62,031 nucleotides of DNA from Saprolegnia diclina VS20 (taxonomy: Eukaryota). The DNA lies in contig NW_008246092.1 in the NCBI RefSeq assembly GCF_000281045.1, positions 498,596 through 560,626 on the forward strand. The letters run 5' to 3'. The notes under the pieces are model-generated. The model worked only from the letters and a program-made list of their open reading frames with translations, was not told the DNA's origin and did no database searches. Position 1 is the first letter of the stretch. Each line of letters opens with the position of its first letter. This document shows positions 23,200 to 34,000 of this stretch, piece after piece. A program made the position numbers and the translations under genes.

Positions 23200-24169
23200 C
23201 ATATTTGGTCAGATACGAGCAGCGGTCAGCCTACACGCACGTCTGGCGCGAATGGACAACCTTCCCCGAGCTCGGCGCGGCCCTGCGCACCTTCGCAAGT
23301 GGGCTCACTCAGCGGCCCAGCACAACAACCAAGCAGCGCCGTTATTTGACGGAGCTTGTCCAGATCCCGCGTCCACATCTTGAACTTGCGTCGGAAAAAG
23401 AAGGTCGCGCACGCGCTGCGGATGGAACGCGATCGTCTCCTTGCGCTTGTCGCAACAGTCACTGTACTGCGCCTTACGCTGCTCGCCGAAGGTGGCCTCG
23501 TAGTGCTCGACTAGAGAAGAAGCTCGATTTTGCTCGGTTGTCAACTTTGCTTTGCGCTCGCCCGAGATGGCTCCCTTCCCGATCTCCAACCGCATCTTGA
23601 ATTCAATGTTCGCCATCCCGAGCTTTGCAGTCGGATCTCGCTCGGCTGGATGTGCACGCGTCGTCACCCGGCAGAAGCGGCCAATCTCACTCGCTGAGGT
23701 GCGAGCATGCCTCGACCCTCATCATCCCAAGCTCCCGAGTCATGTGCATTTGAAAACGACGACGCAAAGTCTCTTGACGACAAGGATCAAACTCTCGAGC
23801 ACCAAGAGGATATCAAGCCATCAACCACACCACAACAACATCTCGCTCAACACCAACAGCATCGCGCGAGATCAAGAATGTAGATGCTGCGTGCCAAAAA
23901 GACCCAAGCAACTACTCGACGCACGAGCTCCGCAACGGCGGTGCTGCGGCCTTATGTCGTGGCAGCATGCCAGACCTCGTTCTCCCGGCAAGAAGTCACC
24001 AGACGCACTCACGAACACACCAGCATCGACGAACAACCTCTCACCGACCTCACAACTCGATTGGCCCCAACCGCATGGCGTCATCTCTGGGGGGACCGCC
24101 TCGCCCACCTCTGGCATGGCGGACACCAACACGGTTGTTGCCCCAAGTAGCTCGGTCTTGATTGAGGAA

Positions 24170-24273
24170 TGGCGCGTAATCAGGTGGTGTAGCGTGATTG
24201 GTAAAAAAGGTGTCCATTGTGTCGAATCCGAATCAGAAGGGGTTGCAGTTGGCCGTGCGCGGCCGGGGGACAT
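24170..24273 (+). repeat. Direct repeat copy 2 (truncated by the gap)
   Basis: Matches 21604-21707. Confidence 0.9.
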
Positions 24274-24809
24274 NNNNNNNNNNNNNNNNNNNNNNNNNNN
24301 NNNNNNNNNNNNNNNNNNNNNNNNNNNNNNNNNNNNNNNNNNNNNNNNNNNNNNNNNNNNNNNNNNNNNNNNNNNNNNNNNNNNNNNNNNNNNNNNNNNN
24401 NNNNNNNNNNNNNNNNNNNNNNNNNNNNNNNNNNNNNNNNNNNNNNNNNNNNNNNNNNNNNNNNNNNNNNNNNNNNNNNNNNNNNNNNNNNNNNNNNNNN
24501 NNNNNNNNNNNNNNNNNNNNNNNNNNNNNNNNNNNNNNNNNNNNNNNNNNNNNNNNNNNNNNNNNNNNNNNNNNNNNNNNNNNNNNNNNNNNNNNNNNNN
24601 NNNNNNNNNNNNNNNNNNNNNNNNNNNNNNNNNNNNNNNNNNNNNNNNNNNNNNNNNNNNNNNNNNNNNNNNNNNNNNNNNNNNNNNNNNNNNNNNNNNN
24701 NNNNNNNNNNNNNNNNNNNNNNNNNNNNNNNNNNNNNNNNNNNNNNNNNNNNNNNNNNNNNNNNNNNNNNNNNNNNNNNNNNNNNNNNNNNNNNNNNNNN
24801 NNNNNNNNN
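24274..24809. other. Assembly gap (N run)
   Basis: Continuous Ns. Confidence 1.
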
Positions 24810-24971
24810 GGTCGTGTCGCCCCGCCTGTGGCCTGTCTAAATGCCATTTGGTGTTGTCTTTGGTCCAGCGCGACGCCAGCCACCATCTTTCGCCGGGCTC
24901 TCTTCGCATCCAAGGCGACGTCGAGTCTTGTCCTGCATTCTTCAATTCGCCACTCGAGACACATCCGCAGC

Positions 24972-27038
24972 ATGGCGTCGTCCAACAACCCGCTCCTCGC
25001 CGACTGGTCGTCGCAGCCGTTCGAGCTGCCGCCGTTCGAGCTCATTGAGGCGAGCCACTTTAAGCCCGCGATCGAGGCGGCGCAGGCCGCGCAGCTCGAG
25101 GAGCTCCGCCAGATCGCCGAGAACCCAGACGAGGCCACATTTGCCAACACGATCGTAATGTTCGACCGCAGCGGCGCGCTCTACGAAAAGGTGCTGGGCG
25201 TCTTCTACAACCTCACGTCGTCATGCTCGCCGCCCGAGCTCCAGGCCGTCGAGATGGAGCTCGCGGGTCCCCTCGCCGGCTACCAGTCCAAGGTCACGAC
25301 GTTTCCGGGCCTCTTTGAGCGCATCGACGCGGTCTACAACGCCCGCGACGCGTTTGCTGGCGAAGACCTCCGCCTCATCGAGCGCATTCACTTGGACTTT
25401 GTCCGGTCCGGCGCTCGCTTTGACAAGGAAACGCAGGCGCGCTACAATGACATCATGCAGCAGTTGGCCGAGCTCACGACCAAGTTTAGCCAGAACGTCA
25501 TGACCGACGAGTCGGAAGTCACGATCGAGCTCTCGGAGGCCGAAATGGACGGCTGTCCCGACGACATCATTGCGTCCGCCAAGCAAAACGCACTCGACCG
25601 CAACGCTGCCGACGGTGTCTACATTGTCACGCTCAGCCGCTCGATGGTCGAGCCGTTCCTGACGTACGCCAAGGACCGTGTCGTGCGCGAAAAGGTCTTC
25701 CGCGCGTTCACGTCGCGCGGTGAGCTCTCGCCCGAGCGCGACAACAACGCGCTGGCGATCGAAATCCTCAAGCTCCGCATCGAGCAGGCGCAGGCCCACG
25801 GCTACAAGACGTTTGCCGACTACCAGACAAGCGACACGATGGCCAAGACGCCGGAAGCCGTCAGCGAACTCCTCAACCGCGTCTGGGCCCCGGCCAAGGT
25901 CGCGGCCAACCGCGAGCGTGAGGCTCTCGAAGAGTACGCGGCCTCGATCGGCGACGAAGCCCACGTTGAAGCGTCAGACTGGCGCTACTACTCGGAGAAG
26001 GTCCGCCAGCTCCGGTACGACATTGACGAGTCCATGGTCAAGCCGTACTTTAGCCTCGACCGCATGGTCGAAGCCGTCTTTGACGTGGCGTTCCACCTCT
26101 TTGGCCTGCGTTTTATCTTGCGTGAAGACATCAAGGCGTACCACCCGGACGTCAAGGTCTACGAGGTGCGCGAGACGACGGCCGACGACGAAGACAAGCT
26201 CGTGGCGATCTTCCTGCACGACAACTTTTGCCGCCCGTTCAAGGCTGGCGGTGCGTGGATGAGCGAGTTCCGTACGCAGAGCCGCAACGTCGACGACGAA
26301 GGCACCAACGTCATTCCCGTCATCATCAACAACAACAACTTTGTCAAGGGCGCCGAGGGCGAGCCGACCTTGCTCTCGTTCGACGACTGCATCACGCTCT
26401 TCCACGAGTTTGGCCACGGCTGCCACGGCATGCTTTCAGACGTCAAGTACAACCGCCTTGCCGGCACGTCTGTCCTCTCGGACTTTGTCGAGCTCCCGTC
26501 CCAGCTCATGGAGCACTGGGTCTCGGAGCCCGAGGTGCTCAAGAAGCACGCCCGCCACTACGAGACGGACGAGCCGATCCCGCAGAGCCTTCTCGACAAG
26601 CTCATTGCCGCTGCCAAGTTTGACCAGGGCTTTGGCACCGTCGAGTACATGGCATGTGCGCTCATGGACCAGAAGCTCCACCAGCTCGACTCGGTCGATG
26701 GCCTCGATATGCTTGCGTTCGAGAAGGCGGAGCTCGCCAACCTCGAGATGCCGACGGGGATCGTCATGCGCCACCGCATCCCGCACTTCACCCACCTCTT
26801 TGCGAGCTCGGGCTACGCAGCTCTGTATTATGTGTACCTCTGGGCCGAGGTCCTTGACGCGGATGCCTTTGACGCGTTCTTGGAGGCCGGCGACATCTTT
26901 GACGTCGCGACGGCCAAGCGCGTGCGCGCGTTTATCTACTCGTCGGGCAACTCGCAGCACCCGATGGACGCCTACCGGGCGTTCCGCGGCCGCGACCCGG
27001 TGATCGAACCCATGCTCAAGAAGAAGGGCCTTGTCTAA
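24972..27038 (+). CDS. dcp: M3 family metallopeptidase, peptidyl-dipeptidase Dcp-like, copy 2 (intronless; possible N-terminal extension from 24885)
   Basis: MASSNNPLL..., TLFHEFGHGCHG, DFVELPSQLMEHW, RHRIPHFTHLF and YYVYLWAEVLDADAF. Confidence 0.94.
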   Translation: MASSNNPLLADWSSQPFELPPFELIEASHFKPAIEAAQAAQLEELRQIAENPDEATFANTIVMFDRSGALYEKVLGVFYNLTSSCSPPELQAVEMELAGPLAGYQSKVTTFPGLFERIDAVYNARDAFAGEDLRLIERIHLDFVRSGARFDKETQARYNDIMQQLAELTTKFSQNVMTDESEVTIELSEAEMDGCPDDIIASAKQNALDRNAADGVYIVTLSRSMVEPFLTYAKDRVVREKVFRAFTSRGELSPERDNNALAIEILKLRIEQAQAHGYKTFADYQTSDTMAKTPEAVSELLNRVWAPAKVAANREREALEEYAASIGDEAHVEASDWRYYSEKVRQLRYDIDESMVKPYFSLDRMVEAVFDVAFHLFGLRFILREDIKAYHPDVKVYEVRETTADDEDKLVAIFLHDNFCRPFKAGGAWMSEFRTQSRNVDDEGTNVIPVIINNNNFVKGAEGEPTLLSFDDCITLFHEFGHGCHGMLSDVKYNRLAGTSVLSDFVELPSQLMEHWVSEPEVLKKHARHYETDEPIPQSLLDKLIAAAKFDQGFGTVEYMACALMDQKLHQLDSVDGLDMLAFEKAELANLEMPTGIVMRHRIPHFTHLFASSGYAALYYVYLWAEVLDADAFDAFLEAGDIFDVATAKRVRAFIYSSGNSQHPMDAYRAFRGRDPVIEPMLKKKGLV

Positions 27039-27371
27039 CTATCCCTTTCACGCTTCGTTTGTTATATAATTTTGTTGCTTTTCTCGCGTTCGTTCTGTCG
27101 AGTGAAGGGTCCTTTCCTGCAACGGCAAACTCAACAAGGGGTAGGGTCCACGGCCGTTTCCTATCAGTTTGTATCGTGTTCCCGTACCATCGTACGTCAT
27201 GGCAGTTGTGCGCCGCCCGACCGTTTTGGGTCCGCACCATGTCATGCGTCGTGTCCCGAATCGGTGGCCAATCGGTCGGCGCAACCGCCGGCGCCATTTT
27301 GATGCACCGGTCGCGCGCCGTTGGCGACGGCCGTGGGCCGACCGAGCGCAGTGCCACATTTGCGCGGCAGC

Positions 27372-28428
27372 ATGGACGACAATAGCTTTGTCAAGTCGTT
27401 TTTTGTCGAAGACATTGTGCGGAGGTCGTCGCCGCTCGAGCTCGCGACGCCGCGGTCCATGACCGACTTCAACTTTCAATCGGAGGACTCGGACTTCTTC
27501 GACGAGTACCCGCTGCTGGACGACGACATCAAGACCGAGACGCACGACCTGTTCGAGCCGCTCGACCCGCTCCTCTCGACGCCCGTGCTGCAGAAAGCCG
27601 ACCTCGCACTCTTCTCGTTCCCGTCGAGCCCCGCGTTTGAAGTCCGCGGACCCCAACCCGCCTACTACCACAACCACTACAACAGCATGATCCACACGCT
27701 TCCACAAAACTACCTCAGTAGTCACTTGTCCAGCAGCAGCCATCCTCTGCCGCCACCACCTCATCATCAGGCTACAACGCATAGCTCGGTGCAGCAGCCG
27801 GCCATCTACCCGAGCGCGATGATGCCGCCACTGTACAAACCACCGCCGCCCGTCTTGCCCATCATGCGCTCGTACTCGTACCCGATGAAGCCCGCACCGG
27901 TGCCGATCACAACGACCAAGATTCCCGTCCAGCGGTCGGCGACTGTCCCAACGACCGCAAAGGAACTCGATGACGCAACGTCGTCATCTTCGTTCAAATC
28001 CAAAGGCAAGCGCTGTACGATCGCAGGATGCACGCGCCGTGCGCAGTCCAACAACCGCTGCAAGGCCCACGGAGGTAGGTCCGCTACCATGCTCTTTCGG
28101 GGTTGACAGGCGGAGGCATGTCGTAGGTGGAGCGCGGTGCCAGTTTCAGGGATGCCCAAAGAGCTCGCAAGGCGGCGGCTACTGCCGGGCGCACGGCGGT
28201 GGGAAAAAGTGCGAGTTCGAAGGCTGCACCAAAGGGCAGCAGCGCAAGGGCTTTTGCTACGCCCACGGCGGCATCCGCAAGTGCAAGCAGGCCCACTGCG
28301 ACAAGAAGGACCGCGGGAACGGGTACTGCATTGCGCACGGCGGCGGGAAGCGCTGCTCGGTCGACGACTGCGTCAACGCCGTCCGGAAAGGCCGGTTTTG
28401 CCGCGTCCACATGCCCGACGACGGCTAA
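27372..28428 (+). CDS. GGGKRC-repeat (WRKY19-like) zinc-finger protein, putative transcription factor
   Basis: Pro/Ser-rich N-terminus followed by about five C-x4-C...C..HGG repeats (CKAHGG, CRAHGGGKKC, CYAHGG, CIAHGGGKRC). Intron 28075-28126. Confidence 0.88.
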
Positions 28429-28486
28429 GCAAAAAGAGGTTCCTACTGCGGGATTGCCGACCACATCTACTCTTGTTGAGATCGAC

Positions 28487-30658
28487 TTATTGCACCTTCT
28501 TGAGCGGGTCGTGGCGGGCAAAGACCGAGAGGCAGGCCGAGAGCAGCGTGCGGAGGACGACGGCGACGCCGCAGAGCACGGCGCCGTACACCGCATACAC
28601 GTCCAAGAGGTACGTCTTGAGCAGAGGCTGCGTCTCGCGCGCAGGGATCCAGCCCGCTGTGCCCCGGGCCGCGACAGCCTCGATGGCGTTGACTGCGGCA
28701 TCGACACCGCCACCTGTCGTCAAGAGCCCACCGACACGCTCGGCCGCCAATGCAAACCTAGCCACGAATCGAGCTTGTTGCCAATTCTTCGACTCGTTAC
28801 CGGTCGTGCGAGAGGAGGAGGTCGCTCGCAAAGTGGAGGCTTGCGGCCGTCACTTTTGTCGCTTCGATCGCGACGCCGGCGCCCGCCCGCACGATGCGGT
28901 CCGTAAACTCGGCCTAGTAGCGACAATATTGTCATTTGACGCCAGAGCGAATGGTTGTGGGTAGTAGTAATACGTGTTCGGCCGAGAACGGGATCGAGAG
29001 GATCGGTGTGCCGGCGAGCAGCGCCGACTGGACCGCTGAGAAGCCACCGGACGTGACGAGGAACCGGACGTTGGTCGTGTTGGGCACGTGGAGCGAGTGC
29101 GATACGCTGAAGAAGACGTCCGAGGACGCGAGGAGGTCCCGTGTGACCTCGTCGTGCAGGAAGCTCTTGTGCTAGCCATGTTGTCCGTACGTCTTTGACA
29201 GAGTATCAACATTGCTTGTACCATCTCGGGCGACAACTTCCAAACCGTCCGGCACTCGACCTCGCGTAGAGCCGTCATCTAGAACAGCTCCGATGCTCGA
29301 CAAGAGGACGATGAAGAAGAGCGACGTACAAGCAGCGACACCATATCAGTGGAGAGGACCACGTCGGCGCCAAAGTCGACCAGCACGACGCACCCGTCGC
29401 GGTCCCGGCGCAGAAACGAGTCGAGTTCGGGTGATGGCGATGGCGGCGACAAGCTCGTGAGCGCGCCGACCTACGTTCTATCACACTCTGTTCAGCTTGT
29501 CGGAAGCGTACGAGGCGGTGGAGCGGCGAGAGCGGGCGGGGGTGTTCGAGGCCAAAGACCGTGTTGGTCAGAACGAGTCGCTCGCCGTAACTTGGCGTCG
29601 ACGGCAGTGCAAACTCGGACCGGGCCTTGGCGAGCGACGCAGCGACCGCGGCGTTGCCAAGTCGAAACCGCAGCCGATGCAGCCCGTTCGCACAGCGCTG
29701 CCACACCGTTTGGGTCTGCGTCCGACATGAGAGGAGGGAGCGAGGTCGAGACGTACGGCCATGGGGTACTGCGAGAATGGCGCGGGCACATACGAGGGCG
29801 GGTCGTCAATGTCCAGCAGCAGGAACGGGTTGTGAATGATAAAGGGAAGCGAGAGGTTGTTGGCCACGTCCATCGCTGCAAACGCGTACCGGTCGGCCAC
29901 CTACATGCAGATGCAGTCTCCTCTGGAGGCTCGGCCATGCAGGTAGACGTACGACGATCGTAGGCGCGTCTTCGCCATAGTCGGCGCGAAGCGGATGGTA
30001 CATGGGTTTGTAGAACGACGCATAGTACTGCAAGGAGGCGAGGTAGCTCGAGTAGATGCCCACGTTGCCGACCTAGATGGCGCAAGGATCACGACAAGCG
30101 GACGGCGACAACGACGACGTACGGCAGACTTGAGCGTGAGCGCGTGCGGGATCGGCGATGGCATCGTGCCAAGCGAGATGAACTCGAGGCCGGGGAGGTC
30201 GCTGACCCAATTCCGGCACATCTGTACAGACCACGATCGTACCGCAAGCGTCATGCACGTGAGCGTACCTCGGGCAGCGCAAAGCTCACGCGATGGCCTC
30301 GGCGAAGCAGCTCCTCGATTAGATGCTTCATCGGCAGCACGTGCTCGAGCACGGGAATGCTCACAAAGGACACGTAACTCGGCGATGCAGCGGCCTCGGC
30401 CGTCGGCAAGCCCAGCCACGCGACGTGCTCGCTGAGAAGGTAGACCATCATGAAGGCGCAGAGCAGGAGGCAGAGCGGCAGCTTGAGGTGGCGCGCGAGG
30501 GCGGCGACGTGCTTGGTCGCGCAGGCCATGATGGCCTCGGCGGGCTCGGCGCCCATGCATGGCGTCGTCCACGCCATCGCCGACCGCGGCTTGACGCGGA
30601 CCTGCGTCACCCCGTTCCGGTAGAGTCGGCCTCCGCCCGCTCTACTCGTCGTCTCCAT
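28487..30658 (-). CDS. UDP-glycosyltransferase (GT1/UGT family), membrane-anchored
   Basis: SIPVLEHVLP...EELLRRGHRV, VADRYAFAA, LTNTVFGLEHPRPLSP and UGT signature FLVTSGGFSAVQSALLAGTPILSIPF. C-terminal YLLDV, TM helix and KKVQ tail. Many introns. Confidence 0.88.
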
Positions 30659-31034
30659 TGGGATTCTGGGATGCAGTTACGAGTATTTTAATTCCATTCT
30701 CAATTCGGCATACAAAACGTAGCGTCATCGCGTGCATTTTTATTCGTACCAAGGTTGTGGTGCATAATCCGTGGCCGCCAAACGCCACCGACAAGCCGCG
30801 ATGCGACGCCGCCGGACGCGCGCCATGCTAATGGCTCATCTACCACGGTACTCCATGCAGGTAGACATGGGCTGCATGCGACTTGCGGCGAGACCCTCAT
30901 GTGACGTCCGCGCGACGAAGAAGAGACAGCGCGAACCGCGCCTCCTCCGCCGGCCATGGCCGAACTCTCACCCTTCTTGGATCATGCTGCATATACATAG
31001 CAGAGACGACGAGGGTCTCTTCATAAATAGGTGG

Positions 31035-34000
31035 CTATAGCGCCGAATGGTGGCTGCGGAGCGACTCGGTCGGGCTTGGCATGACGTCGACGATGCTCTC
31101 GAGCTCGCTCTCTTGCGTGTTGAGGCGACGGAGGAACCGCCGCAGCGTCTTGCTCGAGCCAGGCACCGGTAGCGGCGGTGGCGGCGTCGTCGGCAGCGCG
31201 CTGCTTGAAGGCCCCTCTTGCTTGAGCTGGAGCTGGCGCACGTGTGGCAAGAGGCGCTCGAGGCTCTGGCGGAACCCGATCGACTCGTTGAAGTGGTGGA
31301 TGGCCGTCCGCGAGAGCGAGTAGACGAGCGCATTGTCGAGCGCCTGGAGCGAGAGCATGATCGGGACGATGGGCTTGTTGCGGTTCTCGGCAAAGGCGAG
31401 CGTGTCCCGCAGCGCCTCACTACGCCACCCATCAGGATCCCGCTGCTTCAAGACATGGGGCCTCTCGTACCTCTTGGTCGAGAGGTGCGAGAGCACGACG
31501 ATGACGGCGAGGCAGCGCGGGTCCAAGATCGCGTCCTTCATGACCACTTGGCGCTGGGGACACGGGCCGTCGATCTTGCAGTCGACGCCGGCGGTCGCAA
31601 GCTCGGCCTTGAGCGTACTCGCAAACGGCTTGTGGCAGTCGCCGTGCACGAGCAAGACGTAGGTGGTGGTCCTCGGCGCGACGCCCGAGTGCTGCGAGAC
31701 CGCGCAGCTCGAGTGACCGCTCGCATTCGACTGCCGCAGGACGTCGATCGTCGGCTCGACGCGCCGCTCTTCAATCTCGTCGCGGAGACCGTCGAGAAGC
31801 AACCCGAGCTGCACCTCGTACCTACACACGCCATGAGATGCCGGTGACAGAGCGAGATCGCAGCGTACTTGGCCTCGTTGTAGTCGAAGCGCACGGCGTT
31901 GCCGCTGCGAAACTTGGCCGTAATCGCCGGTCGAAAGTCCACGAGCTGGCGCGTCCAGAGGTACACTTCGAGCTCGTCCCCAATGACGACGCGGCCACAG
32001 GTGATGCCAACGACTTGAGTAGTTCTGAGACATGCGACTCACGAGATATAGTGTACCTGGAATGTTGTGCTGCTTGGCGAAGGCGAGCTCCTTCATGCAC
32101 CACTGCGACGCGGGGTAGTCTTCGCTAAGGATCGCGAGGACGACCGAGGCGCCAACGATACCGCGCGCGATCTCTTCACGCCACTCGGAGCCGCCGCTGA
32201 TGCCCGTCGGGTTCATCTGGTCGATCCACGTTGTAATAAACTGCGCTTCGAGCGAGCTGCGAATCTTGTTGGCAAAACTCGCGTGCGAATGGCAGTAGCT
32301 GATCATGACGTCGCGTTGGCCCGCGGCTACAACAGTAAAGTTGAAATCTTGATAGTCGATACATCGATACACACCTTTTTTGATTTCGTACTGGATCGCG
32401 GTCGACGACGCGCAGTCGAGCGCGCGTATGCCGGCGTTGTCGATAGCAATCACATCGAGCCCCATCTGGACAAGGATACGTGCGGTCTTGACGTTGCCCC
32501 GCTTGAGCGCCAAGTGCAGCGCAGTTTCGCCCTGAACAAAATAGGTATCAATGTATCAACTACAATCGCGATGTACCGTTGTGCTCATTTTGGCATGGAT
32601 CTTGGCGCCATATGCACGCAAGAGATACAAAATCCGACCCCGCGGCGTGTGTTCGAGATGCTGCTGCCGAGGCGAGCCCTCGAACGCCTTGTCCATCGGC
32701 TGGTTCTTGACCGTCTCGTAATGCCCGAGGAGATGGACGAGCGACCGCCCGTAAATGTCCACCTACATGTTTCAGTATCAATCTATCAGTTTGAAATATC
32801 GACAAAAATGCTACCATGTTGGGGTCGGCTTCGGCCAGCAAGAGGGCCTCGACTACATCGTAGTGGTTGTAGATTGCGGCCCACGCGAGGGGCGTCATGC
32901 CCAGCGTGTCGCTCGGATCTTCCTTGCAGTGAGCCAAGAGCAGCTTGACGACGCGGAGCTGGCCACGCATCGCCGCCTAAGACCATCCATCGTATTCTTT
33001 CGAGAGATGCGCGTACCCAATGCAGTGGCGTGCGGTGAAAGCGCCCGCAAGAATTCTCGCCGAGGATATCCGGGTCGACGCCTCCGTCCAAGAAGTGGCC
33101 GACTGTGCGCCAGTCGCCGTTGGCCGCCGCGAGGTGCATTGGCGTCAGCGCAATGTCCCCGCCCCACTCGACAAGCGTGTTGGCGAGGCTGAAGTGCCCG
33201 TTGAGCACGATGACCTCGTACGCCGTGAGGTAAAACCTACGTAGTGCCGGTCTCGCCCACGACATTCGAGTAAGCTGTTCGCCCGTACCCGTTCCCAGGA
33301 ATGTGCAGATGGTTGGCGCCGGCACGCATCAGCGCCCGCAGGCAGTTGGGACATTCAGCGTAGTAGAGTGGTGGCGTCTTGTACTTGCGCTACGCTCGAT
33401 ATATATGAGACATGCGAATCCATAGCGATGAACGGACTTGGTTGGAGACCGCAACGAGGTTTGGGTCAGCGCCGTACTTGACGAGCGTCTCGACAATCGC
33501 AGCATCCGCGTGGATCAGGGCCACGTGCAAGGGCGCTAAGAGCACCTGCGACCATCGCCGTTGAGTCGTGTCGTCGTGTTGGGATAAAGAGGTTAGGGTA
33601 TATGTTACCTGTGCCCACGGCTGGCTGGGTCCGTACCGAGCATTCGTCGATGTCGCACGGGCAAAGTTCGTGCTCCGCAGGAAGATGAGCACGTTGAAGA
33701 TCTTGGCGTAAATGTGCGAGAGGCGGAAGCTCAGGGTCTGGATCTTCTCGAGCGCGTTCGGGTCAAAGCCCCGCTCCAGAAGGAGCTGGACGACGGGCAG
33801 CCGGCCGTTGACGACCGCAACGTGCAGGGGGTTGCGCACCGACTTGGCCACTTGACCAAAGCAGCGCAGCCCGTTCGAGTACCTATATACCACAAGGTGC
33901 CATCCAGACTCAAGTAGACAACAGAATGGACCCACCACTTGATGTGGAAGCACGGGCCGTCGAGGGCGACAGCTTCGTCGAGAAGCAGAAGTAGGTCGGG

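Noticed and set aside
22147..25150. Long ORFs spanning N runs (e.g. 946 aa at 24198, 498 aa at 23552)
   Set aside because: Artefacts of translating through assembly gaps. Only the Dcp part from about 24885/24972 is supported.
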